From positions 1 through 64,000 of the IMG/VR virus record IMGVR_UViG_3300033141_003544: a stretch of DNA of 64,000 nt; one strand, written 5' to 3'. Source of the DNA: a virus. A program made the translations under genes and the position numbers. The stretch's first letter is position 1. Each line of letters starts with the position of its first letter. This document shows positions 48,287-58,686 of the stretch, in pieces. The notes beneath the pieces were generated by a model. It was not told where the DNA came from and made no database searches. It saw only the letters and a program-made list of their open reading frames with translations.

Positions 48287-49237
48287 TTATCTGATATTTG
48301 ATAATTCTTTTATAGAATCTTCATGTCTTAAAATCTGTTTGCAGATGTCCTCTATTATCTGAGGAACAATACTTGACCCCGCTTGATCATATTGTAAGGT
48401 TTTAGGCCCATAAAATATAAAATCATCAGGAAAGCCCTGACAACGAGCAACTTCTCTAACGGTTAAAACTCTTGACTCCCATGGGTGAACATATTGTGTC
48501 CTGTGACTTGTCATTGTAGGAGCGGGTTTATCAGGGTCCAATCTCCTATTATTTTGAGTCCCATAATAGGACTCGCCAATTTTTAGTTTTCTAAAACCCT
48601 CTGCCCTTTTTTGTGAATGTTTAGAAGGTATATGATTTGGTGTATTATCTAAATCTTTCAAAATATCTTTTAAATTTTTAAAATTTTTTATTTTTGGATT
48701 AGGAAACCAATATTTAAAATAACCTAAATCTCCTATTATAAAAAGTCTTTCCCTATTTTGTGGTACATTATAATATTTAGCATTTAAAAAATGTTTCTGA
48801 ATATTATAACCTTTTAACTCTATAAATAATTTTTCATTAGTAGTATAGTTGATTAAGGATACACCATATTCGTTGATCCATATACTATTAGCAACTGAAG
48901 TTAAATTCTCTAAAATAAAATATTTGGGTCTTCTTTTTTGTATTACTTTTAAAAACTTGTAAATTTCCCAATCTTCTATTTTAAAATCTAATCTATTTTT
49001 CTTTCTAACGGCTAAATTACTAAAAGCTTTACAAGGAGGTTGGCCTATAATAATATCTACTTCACGATCATCAAACCAACTTATCTCCTTTGAAATACAA
49101 ATATCATTAAAATTTTTAAAAATGGTTTCTGATATCGACCAATCTCTATTGTCCTCTAAATAAACGGGTTTCATTCCACACCATTTTGCCCCTAATAATC
49201 CGGAACCGATACCACCATAAACACTACCTATTCTCAT
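48287..49237 (-). CDS. C5 cytosine DNA methyltransferase (divergent)
   Basis: YGGIGS, GQPPCKAFS, LEN, PQNRER, RVLTVREVARCQGFPD. Confidence 0.88.
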   Translation of the reverse strand: MRIGSVYGGIGSGLLGAKWCGMKPVYLEDNRDWSISETIFKNFNDICISKEISWFDDREVDIIIGQPPCKAFSNLAVRKKNRLDFKIEDWEIYKFLKVIQKRRPKYFILENLTSVANSIWINEYGVSLINYTTNEKLFIELKGYNIQKHFLNAKYYNVPQNRERLFIIGDLGYFKYWFPNPKIKNFKNLKDILKDLDNTPNHIPSKHSQKRAEGFRKLKIGESYYGTQNNRRLDPDKPAPTMTSHRTQYVHPWESRVLTVREVARCQGFPDDFIFYGPKTLQYDQAGSSIVPQIIEDICKQILRHEDSIKELSNIR

Positions 49238-49419
49238 ATTTTCCTTTCTATTATACTAAAATCTATATCTTCAAAATCTCCCATAATATTATTAACTATT
49301 TCAATTTCTTTATAGGGTATATCTGAATCTTTTACCATTTTCGACCATAATTCTTCTAGAGCAGTTTCTAATTCATTTCTGGCGTTTATAACTTTTCTGT
49401 AAGAAATGGGAGTTATCAT
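49234..49419 (-). CDS. hypothetical protein
   Basis: 61 aa, abutting both neighbours. Confidence 0.55.
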   Translation of the reverse strand: MITPISYRKVINARNELETALEELWSKMVKDSDIPYKEIEIVNNIMGDFEDIDFSIIERKI

Positions 49420-51366
49420 CTAATATATTTCCTTATTCTTATAATCCTTTTTATATATATGTAAACTATTGCAAAAATAAGTTAAATCTCCAACTGTCAC
49501 TCCTATTTGTTTAGTTATATATTGTTGAAGTTTTATTGCTAATGCAATATCATTAGGAAAATGAGTAACAAAATCACAAGATCTCATTATATAGGACATG
49601 TGAAGTTTGTTCTCCCTTCTGAGAAACATATACCCCGTTGAACAGTTATGAACTGAAGCTCCTAATAAAGAATAACTTTCATCTTCTTCTACTTCTAAAT
49701 TATAAACCTTTATTGATTGAATATATTTTTTTACTTCTATTCCTTTTACTTTATAATAAGCTTTACCTTTATTAAAACTTACTGTATTAATATTATTGTT
49801 TTTCCAATTGCCTTTTATATGAGGAAGACCAGGATAACATAGTTCTTTTAAAGATCTATTGGATGTGGAGATACTATATGAAGAATGATAAAAATGTCTC
49901 CCCTCAATTGCATGTCCGGATCTAATAGGTATGAACTGTATACTATAACTCACATTATTTCTTAGCAGTATTAGGCCTAATTGCAAAATTAGATCTTTAG
50001 AACAAGAAGTAAAAGTTAAACGACCTGTTTTTCCTGTGGATTTTTTATTTTTTGTTACATACCCATCTCCTCTTGTATATCCTACAACAATTTGGAGTTG
50101 CTTTTTAGGAGGTAAATACATAAATGATTTTGGAATAGTTTTTGTGTGAGAGTGTGAACCTCCAAACAAATTCCAAAAAAGATGACCTACTATTTTAGAA
50201 GCATAAGTTATTCTATAATTATTACCATCCTCTTTCCAATTAAATTTAGGTTTTTTTAATCCAAACTTTTCTAACATTATTTTTGCTACATCTTCACCAT
50301 ATTTTTCTTCTCCTTTTGCAAAATAAAATTTTATTTGTGATTTCCCATCTCTACCTCCCGTTGCACAACCGTCTGCTAAAAAGTAACCTACTAACCGTAA
50401 AAAATCTTCATCTACTTGGATTATTTTAGGAATACTATGACAGTTCTTTTTATCAGCAGCTTTAATAGTTTTTGAACTTATCTCAATAAAATCTTCAGTG
50501 TTAATATAATCTGTTATATTTAAATATTTTATATCTTTTCTACTATTATTAAAGTTAAATTCTATATAATCTCCTTCTTTAATTTCAGAAGCACTTAACC
50601 ATTTTGATTTAACTTCACGAATATTCTTAGAGGTTATTTTTTCTTTAGAGGAATAAGTTAAAATAGGGTGGTCTTTTGTACAAATTATATCTTCCCCGCC
50701 ATATCTTTTTATTTTTATAAGTTCATTCGTTTCATTCTCAAAAATTTTATTGACTCTTTTAAATCTACCTTTATGTGTTAAAACTTTATCTCCTTCTTTA
50801 ATATTTTCAATATTTGTCCATTTAAAATCCCTTGTAATAATTTTTGTTTTAACTGGAAAGCATGGGATACGTTTTTTACCACCCATATTTTCTAAATCAA
50901 ATACATTATTGTGTATTTCTATTATTGCTTGTCTTGTATTTGGTCGATCATGTAATTCTTGTATAACTTTTGATAACTGGGGTTTTATTCTTTCATTGTA
51001 GGTATAACTGAATTTATTTTGACCTTTTTCATCTTGATGTAAAAACTCTTGCCAAACGTCCTTTCTTAAAGTCCAAGCCATACCTGGATTTACAAAATGT
51101 TGACTAACCCTTTCTTTGGCTTCAGCTTCTATCCATTCCATTGACAGACCTGCATTATATTCTTTATTAATATAATCTATCATTTCCTTGATTCTCTCTC
51201 CTGTTTTTAATATAAAACAAGTCCCTCTAATTTCTTTTGTATAATAATCCTCATCCCCTTCAATAATTTTATCTTGCATAGAATAACCTTTTACTTCAGT
51301 ACCCATTTCAATAAGGTTTCTTTCTTCCTCTTTTATCATTTGAAGAGTATCACTATATATTCTCAT
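49420..51366 (-). CDS. thymidylate-synthase-family enzyme 1 (dCMP-hydroxymethylase-like specificity residue), intein-containing; about 242 aa after splicing
   Basis: YTYNER, TRQA, RIP|CST, MRSCDFVTHFPND, SLHIY. Confidence 0.88.
   Translation of the reverse strand: MRIYSDTLQMIKEEERNLIEMGTEVKGYSMQDKIIEGDEDYYTKEIRGTCFILKTGERIKEMIDYINKEYNAGLSMEWIEAEAKERVSQHFVNPGMAWTLRKDVWQEFLHQDEKGQNKFSYTYNERIKPQLSKVIQELHDRPNTRQAIIEIHNNVFDLENMGGKKRIPCFPVKTKIITRDFKWTNIENIKEGDKVLTHKGRFKRVNKIFENETNELIKIKRYGGEDIICTKDHPILTYSSKEKITSKNIREVKSKWLSASEIKEGDYIEFNFNNSRKDIKYLNITDYINTEDFIEISSKTIKAADKKNCHSIPKIIQVDEDFLRLVGYFLADGCATGGRDGKSQIKFYFAKGEEKYGEDVAKIMLEKFGLKKPKFNWKEDGNNYRITYASKIVGHLFWNLFGGSHSHTKTIPKSFMYLPPKKQLQIVVGYTRGDGYVTKNKKSTGKTGRLTFTSCSKDLILQLGLILLRNNVSYSIQFIPIRSGHAIEGRHFYHSSYSISTSNRSLKELCYPGLPHIKGNWKNNNINTVSFNKGKAYYKVKGIEVKKYIQSIKVYNLEVEEDESYSLLGASVHNCSTGYMFLRRENKLHMSYIMRSCDFVTHFPNDIALAIKLQQYITKQIGVTVGDLTYFCNSLHIYKKDYKNKEIY
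49645..50862 (-). mobile_element. intein (406 aa) with LAGLIDADG endonuclease at the catalytic Cys
   Basis: Starts CFPVKTKI, CTKDHP, LVGYFLADG, GYTRGDG, ends VYNLEVEEDESY...VHN followed by Cys. Confidence 0.93.
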
Positions 51367-51404
51367 TTCTTATTATTCCTTTTGCAATTTTCATAAATAC
51401 GCAT

Positions 51405-51785
51405 TTATATTACTTCTTCTTCAGTTAATATATTCTTATCTGGATCTCCAATAAAAACTATATTGTTTGGATATGCATGTTTCATAAATAAATTTCTTAT
51501 TTCTTTAACTGAATAACCTGCCAATCCAGTTCCTATAGCTGTTAAAAGAAATATTTTATCTTTATTTAATCTAGCAAAATTTATGAAATCAGATATATAA
51601 TTATCTATTATATTTAATGGGAGTGTTTTCAAATTTTCATCTTTTGTTGGAATAGCATAAGAGTTACCTTGTATACCTTCTCCAATACCTTTAATTGCTC
51701 CATAATACTTATAAGCATATAGGGCTGCACCCCTACCATGTTTTCCTGCTTTGTTAGAACCAAAAACAAAAATATTAGATTTCAT
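51405..51785 (-). CDS. A1S_2505-like (macro-domain-related) phage protein
   Basis: IFVFGSNKAGKHGRGAA, QGNSYAIPT, TAIGTGLAGY. Confidence 0.75.
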   Translation of the reverse strand: MKSNIFVFGSNKAGKHGRGAALYAYKYYGAIKGIGEGIQGNSYAIPTKDENLKTLPLNIIDNYISDFINFARLNKDKIFLLTAIGTGLAGYSVKEIRNLFMKHAYPNNIVFIGDPDKNILTEEEVI

Positions 51786-51896
51786 AAATTCTCATTTCTT
51801 GATATTTTTCTTTTTCTTCTTTTTCTTTTTGATTAATTTATCTCTTTGTATAGGAAAAGCTTGTGATGTTACAGCCATAATTCCCTCCTTTAAATA

Positions 51897-52148
51897 TTAT
51901 CCCACTCTTTTTAACTCGTTAATGATTTCTTTAACTAAATTCTCCATAAATTCTCTTGTCCACCAATCTTTGAATTGTCTTATAAATTCTTTTGCTCCGT
52001 CTTTTGCTACAATCTTATCATTAAATGTTTCCATATCACAATCAAGAGAATCAAGAATATCTTGATCTACTTTATATATGGAAATCAAGGCAACAGTTTG
52101 GCGATTTATAAGTATTGGTCTACGAGATTCTTCATTTATTATACCCAT
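51897..52148 (-). CDS. hypothetical protein
   Basis: 83 aa, GAGG SD. Confidence 0.55.
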   Translation of the reverse strand: MGIINEESRRPILINRQTVALISIYKVDQDILDSLDCDMETFNDKIVAKDGAKEFIRQFKDWWTREFMENLVKEIINELKRVG

Positions 52149-52167
52149 AATTTCCTCATTTGATACT

Positions 52168-52201
52168 ATTCAGCGTTGGGTTTAATTACCCAACGCTGAA
52201 T
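52168..52201. other. perfect 14-bp stem-loop
   Basis: ATTCAGCGTTGGGT-TTAATT-ACCCAACGCTGAAT. Confidence 0.8.
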
Positions 52202-52241
52202 CCCAGTTATACATGCGCCTGTGAATAGTTGTCGCAAATCC

Positions 52242-52346
52242 TTATTTCTTTTTATTTGGTTTACAATTACCCCTTTTTAAACCTCCCCTTGGTTTACTTG
52301 GTCTTGGTGACTGTTTTCTTGGTCCCCGTCCGTCTCGGTCTGGCAT
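52242..52346 (-). CDS. 34-aa basic peptide, DUF5320-like N-terminus (not in ORF track)
   Basis: AAGGAGG SD; MPDRDGRGPRKQSPRPSKPRGGLKRGNCKPNKKK. Confidence 0.6.
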   Translation of the reverse strand: MPDRDGRGPRKQSPRPSKPRGGLKRGNCKPNKKK

Positions 52347-52430
52347 ATTAGACCTCCTTTACTCAAGATATGTTCCACATTTACTACAATATTGATTAGC
52401 TGAAGATGATTCTTATAAATAATTTATTAT

Positions 52431-52459
52431 AATATACAACAAAGAAAAAACAATGTCAA
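52431..52459 (-). promoter_or_regulatory. sigma70-like promoter
   Basis: TTGACA-17 nt-TATATT on minus strand. Confidence 0.7.
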
Positions 52460-52493
52460 CCTATTTCAATTGAATTTTCATTTTTATTTATTA

Positions 52494-53426
52494 CTAAGTA
52501 CTCGTTGTAATTGTATATTCACCATATTGTTTTTTCCAAAGACTTCGTAAAAAGTTACTTAAAAACAAAATAGGTTGAGTTTTATAGGAATAATTTATCT
52601 CCCAAGGGAATATATGTTTTTCTTCATAATGCCATGCCATATCGTATTCAATATCTTTTCTATTAGTACCTAAAGATTGTGTAAAATCCTCAAAATTATA
52701 CTCATTATTTTCCGGATAGTTCTGTTTTGCATTATTTAATTCGAATACTGTATTTTCTATATAACTTCTTTCTTTCCTTTTTCCTTTTCCTTTTTTAATT
52801 ATCCTTTTTTTATGACAGTAATAGTGAGAAGCTTTAAGATAAAAATTACCAGGTTCAAGTTCTAACATCGATGCGATATACCGTTGTAAGAAAGTGTGGT
52901 GTAAGACATCGTAAGGGAGAAGGTTGATAACATCCGAGCTCCTCATGTTGACAAACAATAACACTTTGTTTTCTCTTATCAAGAAATGAAGATTTAATGT
53001 GCAAGGAGTTCTGGGTCTTGGATGTATTATATCTAAATGTTCTGGTTGCCATATACTTATTATTGCTTCCCGTTCTTGCCTGGCTTTTAGCTTTTTCAAC
53101 ACTTTGGGAATAGCTGGGACTAAGTACTCGCTGTAATTGTATATCCACTTTCCACCTTCCTTCTCAAGTTTACGTTTCCAGTTTGGACGAAATAAATAAG
53201 AAGTTCCTGGATTTCGATAATAAGGGTCTAGTCTATCTGACAATTCTGCAAATCCCCATTTCCAATTTTTATTCAAAGAAATAAGACAGTTGTTTGGATT
53301 AGTTAAGCAAAAATCTAAATTTACTTTATCTATAGTCTTACCTAATTCCTTACCATTATGAAGAATATCTTCTAAAATCTCAATATATATGCTCTGAAAG
53401 TTATCATTTATTGGATACATATTCAT
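52494..53426 (-). CDS. thymidylate-synthase-family enzyme 2 (dCMP-hydroxymethylase-like)
   Basis: REAIISIW, TPCTLNLHF, MRSSDVINLLPYD, SHYY. Confidence 0.85.
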   Translation of the reverse strand: MNMYPINDNFQSIYIEILEDILHNGKELGKTIDKVNLDFCLTNPNNCLISLNKNWKWGFAELSDRLDPYYRNPGTSYLFRPNWKRKLEKEGGKWIYNYSEYLVPAIPKVLKKLKARQEREAIISIWQPEHLDIIHPRPRTPCTLNLHFLIRENKVLLFVNMRSSDVINLLPYDVLHHTFLQRYIASMLELEPGNFYLKASHYYCHKKRIIKKGKGKRKERSYIENTVFELNNAKQNYPENNEYNFEDFTQSLGTNRKDIEYDMAWHYEEKHIFPWEINYSYKTQPILFLSNFLRSLWKKQYGEYTITTST

Positions 53427-53586
53427 TCTTTTTCATATTCATTTAGTTTATCTAATATTTTTGTTAATAAACCATTAGTACTAAAAACTCCTATGCATAT
53501 TATAATTAAAACTAATAATTCCCAATTCATTTTTTATTCTCCTCTTTTTTAAAAAATTCTTTGAATTGTTCAAGTTCAGTCATTTT

Positions 53587-56226
53587 TTACCTCTCGTTAT
53601 AGAGTTTTACTAATTTTTTAACCATTATTTCTAGACTCATATTTTCTTGAATATAATTTGATAAGTCAAAGTTTGAATTGTATTTTTCCATCTCATTTTC
53701 CAAAGTTTCGACAGTTATATTTTTATTGTTTGTTCTTCCCGAACAATTTTTATTTAAATATTTTTTAAATATATTTTTTGAAGATACTATACCATCCATT
53801 CTATTAGGGTTAGCGACAATAACATTTTTACCCATAGCTAACCCTTCATAAACGGACCTACCAACTCCTATAACAACATCTGCTTCATTCAATATATGAT
53901 GAACATCCCATGTATATTTACCTCCCAAACCTATTATAGTTAAATTAAGGTTCAGTTTTTCTGCAAAATGTTCAAATACATTCTTTTCTATTTTACCTTC
54001 TGAAGATCTGACATGATTGTTGAGAACAATCAAGTTTCTAGGATTTAAGAAATTCCGTCTTATTTTTTTAAATTTATAAATATCAATTCCATTATGTATA
54101 ATAGGTATTTCTTTTTTATAATTTGATAAATTTTGTAAGTTAGACCTCACCTCTTTTGAAACTCCAACTAATTTATTAATATAAGGATAAGTATTAGATT
54201 CTGGGGTTTCTATATCCTCTAAAACTCCATGAGATACATATAATATTTTATTTTGTACTTTTAAGTCTTGTGATACGGATAAAATATCTCTTAAACAACT
54301 CCGATGATGGCAATGGATTATATCTAAATTGTGGTTTTGAATTACATATCTTAAACTTCCTATATCTGGTACGATATTAACTCCCAAATATTTCAATCTT
54401 TCTGAAACGTCTCCATGGTGTTGAGAGTAAACAAAAACCTCCGAACCATTATCTTTTAAAACCTTAGCTAAATCGTACACATATCTTTCTGTTCCTCCAT
54501 AGTATTTTAAACTCACATTTGTTATAAGAATTTTATCTGGAACTCCTTCTATTTTTATTTTCTTCTCCCCATACCATTTGTTTATCAGTTTATTATAGTT
54601 ATCTTTTTGAATTTTAGCCCATGTAGAATTTCTTTCTCTCTTCCAAGTATGATATACTACTACATCATTAGCTACCAATAAATGATAACCTGCTTTAGTT
54701 AATTTCATTGATAAGTCGTCATCATCACAGCCCCCAGAATTACCAAATAAACTGTTATCCATACCTCCAACTAGTTCCCATGCATCTTTTCTAATCGCTA
54801 TACAAAAACCAATCAACAAATCCGTTTCAATATAATTACCCTTATTCAAGTCTGCATTCTTTTTTGAAAACTCTACTATACCATCAATATCTAAATCTTT
54901 TGGCATTTCTATGTATTGGAGTCTATGGTGATTAACGTTGTCAGATACAGGACCCACCGCTCCAACTTTTCTATCCACCCTAAAATACTTTATTAATTCC
55001 TCCTTCCAATTATAAGTAAAAATAAGATCATAATTACCAAAAATCAATATATTGTTTTTAGCTAATTTCGCCCCTTGATTACAAGCAGCAGTCCAACCTA
55101 TATTAGTATCATTTATCACGGAGTGGATATATGGACTCTGTTGGGAATATTGACTAATTAACTCTTTTAAATCATCTGATGGTTCATTTGCAATTATAAT
55201 AAGTTCATCCTTGTAATTCAACCATTCAATAGCAGTTTCTATAGTTATTTCTGTATCTTCTATCTTATTCCCATAAGTTACAATTATAAGTGAAACCTCA
55301 TCAAAACTCATCTCTTCTTTTCCCCTACCCGCCTCTTCATCCAATCTGTCAAAAAGATCGGTATCAAAAGTTAAACCTTTTGCTTTGTATGACCTTTCTA
55401 AAGCCATTCTAACATTAAATATAAAATCATGACGTGTTTTATCATCTCTTTTTACCCATGCCTCTTCTAATAATTCAATACATTGGTCATGTTTCTTTAA
55501 ATTTTGACATAATATCCCTGTCTCATATAAAGTGTTAAAGTTTCTGGTTGTTTTTAATTTTTCCATCCCATAATTGTAATACTTTAATTGTTTTTTTAAT
55601 AGGTCTTCTTCTTCATGTTGAATATGGTGAACAGTTATTTCAGGTCCAACATCAACAGGAACTATATGTTTACAATCGGGGTCTATTTTCATAATAGACT
55701 CCCTGACTTGTTCATGTATTTTCCCGGTCCAATATAGTTGAGGAATATTCTGAAATAAACGTAGTTTATATGAAAAATTAAACCATTTAAATTTATACTT
55801 CTCTGCAAATATCCCCTTCGCCAATCTATTGGTACCGTAAATTCTGTTAGTATAATTGATGGTTGCAACCATATAAGCTAAGTTTTGGGGCTGTTTAGTT
55901 GCCCATTTGATCTTATAGTGTTCCCAATCTGGTAATATTTCATCAGCGTCAATAGAAAAGATCCACCCACAAGTAGCTTTTGAATCCGCGTAATTTCTAG
56001 CAGCTGCATAATCATCTATCCATTCAAAAGAATATACCTTATGAGTATATTCTTTTGCTATTTCTAGTGTTTTATCTTTAGAACCAGTATCAACTATAAC
56101 TATTTCATCAGCTATAGGAACAATACTGTCTAGACACCTTGCCAAATCAGCCTCCTCATCCCTTACAATTAAATCAAAGGAAACTGTTGAAGGAACATTG
56201 AATTTTTTGTATAGACTATTGGCCAT
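53587..56226 (-). CDS. multidomain glycosyltransferase (GT2 + TPR-like + GT2 + GT4-like)
   Basis: IVRDEE..LARCL, VDTGSKD, IDADE, IHE; NIGWTAACNQG, GFCIAI, DDDDL; GGTE, VSHG, IHNGID. Confidence 0.88.
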   Translation of the reverse strand: MANSLYKKFNVPSTVSFDLIVRDEEADLARCLDSIVPIADEIVIVDTGSKDKTLEIAKEYTHKVYSFEWIDDYAAARNYADSKATCGWIFSIDADEILPDWEHYKIKWATKQPQNLAYMVATINYTNRIYGTNRLAKGIFAEKYKFKWFNFSYKLRLFQNIPQLYWTGKIHEQVRESIMKIDPDCKHIVPVDVGPEITVHHIQHEEEDLLKKQLKYYNYGMEKLKTTRNFNTLYETGILCQNLKKHDQCIELLEEAWVKRDDKTRHDFIFNVRMALERSYKAKGLTFDTDLFDRLDEEAGRGKEEMSFDEVSLIIVTYGNKIEDTEITIETAIEWLNYKDELIIIANEPSDDLKELISQYSQQSPYIHSVINDTNIGWTAACNQGAKLAKNNILIFGNYDLIFTYNWKEELIKYFRVDRKVGAVGPVSDNVNHHRLQYIEMPKDLDIDGIVEFSKKNADLNKGNYIETDLLIGFCIAIRKDAWELVGGMDNSLFGNSGGCDDDDLSMKLTKAGYHLLVANDVVVYHTWKRERNSTWAKIQKDNYNKLINKWYGEKKIKIEGVPDKILITNVSLKYYGGTERYVYDLAKVLKDNGSEVFVYSQHHGDVSERLKYLGVNIVPDIGSLRYVIQNHNLDIIHCHHRSCLRDILSVSQDLKVQNKILYVSHGVLEDIETPESNTYPYINKLVGVSKEVRSNLQNLSNYKKEIPIIHNGIDIYKFKKIRRNFLNPRNLIVLNNHVRSSEGKIEKNVFEHFAEKLNLNLTIIGLGGKYTWDVHHILNEADVVIGVGRSVYEGLAMGKNVIVANPNRMDGIVSSKNIFKKYLNKNCSGRTNNKNITVETLENEMEKYNSNFDLSNYIQENMSLEIMVKKLVKLYNER

Positions 56227-56228
56227 AG

Positions 56229-57008
56229 TTATAGATCCTTTATTGACAAACCTGATTCCTTTAATAGGTCATGAAATCTAAGTAACGTCCTTTTGATACT
56301 TTGCATTTTAATTTCCTTAACAACATTAATATCTGAATATTTCTCCTTAAATAATTCCAGCATATGTTTAAATTGTGGATTCCAAGCTGTTATCCCATAC
56401 TGTCTGAGAAATAAAGCAATAGTTCCTGCCCAACCTATAGTTATAAAACTATTCATTATAATACAGTTTAATTCAAAACACCTACATTTTGAGGTTTTTT
56501 CAACTTCTTTGATAATCTTTCTAATTAATAAAAAATCCATAAATAATTTTGGTAAAACTTCAGTATTTCTAAAAACTAATTGAGCTGAGAAATCACTCAT
56601 AGTGGTCTTTAAAAAATAAAGACTGTCCAAGCATTTCAATTTTGCCGTTTTATCATAAGGATCTCTTGAAAAGTATACAACCCCTCTTGCTTGTTTTGGG
56701 TGGAAATCCTTTAAATTAGTTTTTAATATACCTAGTTGTGCCTGCACTCTGTCGTCAAAATAGTCATGTTCTAATTTTGACATTTTCATTTTATAACTAT
56801 ACTTACTGTAGTGAAAAAAATCTCTTACAATACAACCATCTTGACTAACCAACTTTATTTTTTCCGCACTTCCATATGTCAATCTTTTAAAAATATAAGG
56901 ATAGTTATATTGAACTCCATCACCACAACATATATCATTAACAAGATTAAACCATAAAATATCTAAACCTTCTCCTTCTACTATATTGATTTGCTTCATA
57001 TTCTTCAA
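56229..57008 (-). CDS. highly divergent thymidylate-synthase-fold protein 3
   Basis: KCLDSLYF...VFRNTEVLPKLFMD aligns with the PC...RSxD....P.D core. Confidence 0.55.
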   Translation of the reverse strand: MKNMKQINIVEGEGLDILWFNLVNDICCGDGVQYNYPYIFKRLTYGSAEKIKLVSQDGCIVRDFFHYSKYSYKMKMSKLEHDYFDDRVQAQLGILKTNLKDFHPKQARGVVYFSRDPYDKTAKLKCLDSLYFLKTTMSDFSAQLVFRNTEVLPKLFMDFLLIRKIIKEVEKTSKCRCFELNCIIMNSFITIGWAGTIALFLRQYGITAWNPQFKHMLELFKEKYSDINVVKEIKMQSIKRTLLRFHDLLKESGLSIKDL

Positions 57009-57020
57009 AAATAAAGGTCT

Positions 57021-57842
57021 TTATTCCTCTTTCCTTATCTTTTTGTTAAACTTATCAACACTTTTTAGTATATCCATATCTAAACCTATTTCTCCCATTT
57101 CTCCAATAAGTGCCTCAACATCTTTTGGAAGACAATTTCCACCATATCCCAATTTTCCATCATGACCTGGAACATCCATATGACTGTTTCCTATTCTCAT
57201 ATCTGCTTGGACTAACTTCTTAACTTCATTATAATCAACACCTAGTTTATTACATATCAAATTTATCTCATTAAAAAATGAGATCTTTGTAGCGAAAAAA
57301 GCGTTACAAGCATATTTTACTAACTCAGCAGTAGTAAAGTCTGTAATAAAAATTGGAGTATAATCAAACCTTAATCTAAATAAGTCTATCACTTTTTTAA
57401 CTATTATATCTGTTGAACCTGTAGAGTTGGCCAATATTATCCTTGTTGAGTTTATAAAGTCTAATTTAGCAGTTCTAGCTGTTAAAAATTCTGGACTGTA
57501 GATTAGATTAAAACAAGGATATGTTTTTTGCAAATAATCCATAGTTTTTGGAATTACTGTACTTTTAACGATAAATATTTTATTTACATGGTCTTCTGGG
57601 TCTATTGTTATTTTTCGGAAAACATCTTCTAACTCATAGGGGTAGAATAAATAATGCTGAGTAGGAGTGGATACACATATAAAAATAAAATCCCCATGGT
57701 CTATTACATCATCAAAGTTATCAAAACCTTCTTTATATTTATCATAAATTTTAATATCCGCATGCAAAGAAAAACCATGTGCAATAGCTGACCCTACATA
57801 ACCAAAACCTATTATAGAAACTTTTGGTAATCTGTTCTTCAC
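57021..57842 (-). CDS. ugd: UDP-glucose/GDP-mannose 6-dehydrogenase family (short, lacks C-terminal domain)
   Basis: IIGFGYVG, CVSTP, KSTV, SPEFL, AELVKY..N, GYGGNCLPKD. Confidence 0.88.
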   Translation of the reverse strand: MKNRLPKVSIIGFGYVGSAIAHGFSLHADIKIYDKYKEGFDNFDDVIDHGDFIFICVSTPTQHYLFYPYELEDVFRKITIDPEDHVNKIFIVKSTVIPKTMDYLQKTYPCFNLIYSPEFLTARTAKLDFINSTRIILANSTGSTDIIVKKVIDLFRLRFDYTPIFITDFTTAELVKYACNAFFATKISFFNEINLICNKLGVDYNEVKKLVQADMRIGNSHMDVPGHDGKLGYGGNCLPKDVEALIGEMGEIGLDMDILKSVDKFNKKIRKEE

Positions 57843-57869
57843 AAAAATACCTCCATATCTTTCTATTGT

Positions 57870-58172
57870 TTACGTCTTTTTAAAATTTGTAATATCTTTT
57901 GCTTCTATTATTTCTAAATCACTTACATAACGATATAGGTCATAAGTCTTGTATCCACTTGTTCCTGTTACGGGTACATCAAACCTAATAAAATAATATA
58001 AAGGAGGGTCTAATTTATTACCAAATATTGAAACAGTTTCCCTTAAAAGTCCATGATCAATATTATCTTTAGCAAATGACTTGTGTAATTCTTTAAAAAG
58101 TGAGTCATTCCTCCTTAATGGATTAGTTACTAAAAATACTCTTGTTAAACCTTCTTCATTGATTTCTCTCAT
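57870..58172 (-). CDS. hypothetical protein
   Basis: 100 aa, coupled to upstream gene. Confidence 0.55.
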   Translation of the reverse strand: MREINEEGLTRVFLVTNPLRRNDSLFKELHKSFAKDNIDHGLLRETVSIFGNKLDPPLYYFIRFDVPVTGTSGYKTYDLYRYVSDLEIIEAKDITNFKKT

Positions 58173-58684
58173 TACATCCTCGGTAAATGTTTTTTAAGGT
58201 TGACATCTAACAGGTTGACTGTGACAAATAGATTATTGCAAGCGTCTGTCACATTGTCTCCTATTGCGTCATATCTCTTTCCTCTATTACTTGTTATTTT
58301 TGCAATTATTTTCCCATCTTTATTTGAATTTAAAATTATTTTAATAGTTTGTCCATGTCTATTAATCATTTCATCATACAAAGGGTCTAAGATTTTTTTC
58401 CCGGTTTTTTGTTCAATAAAATAAGCACTATTTTTTATAGCTTGAAAAGGGATCGGTCCTGCATTAGGGACTACTCTAGTTTCAATTGTTTTTAACATAT
58501 TTGTAATTGCCCAAATTAATTTACGACTATAACCCCACAACCATTGTCCTCTGGATTTTATACAAGCTATAAAGACCCCAGGAGACCTATGTTCCAAAAA
58601 CAGTTCAATATCTGAATAAGAGTTGTTCTTTAATTCTCTTGTCAGTTGATCGTTTACAGCATAACCTCTTTTATCGAAAATCAA
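58172..58684 (-). CDS. hypothetical protein
   Basis: 170 aa, coupled to neighbours. Confidence 0.55.
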   Translation of the reverse strand: MIFDKRGYAVNDQLTRELKNNSYSDIELFLEHRSPGVFIACIKSRGQWLWGYSRKLIWAITNMLKTIETRVVPNAGPIPFQAIKNSAYFIEQKTGKKILDPLYDEMINRHGQTIKIILNSNKDGKIIAKITSNRGKRYDAIGDNVTDACNNLFVTVNLLDVNLKKHLPRM

Positions 58685-58686
58685 TA

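Noticed and set aside
49420-57008. Calling any TS-like gene thyA
   Set aside because: All have Asp rather than Asn at the dUMP-specificity position.
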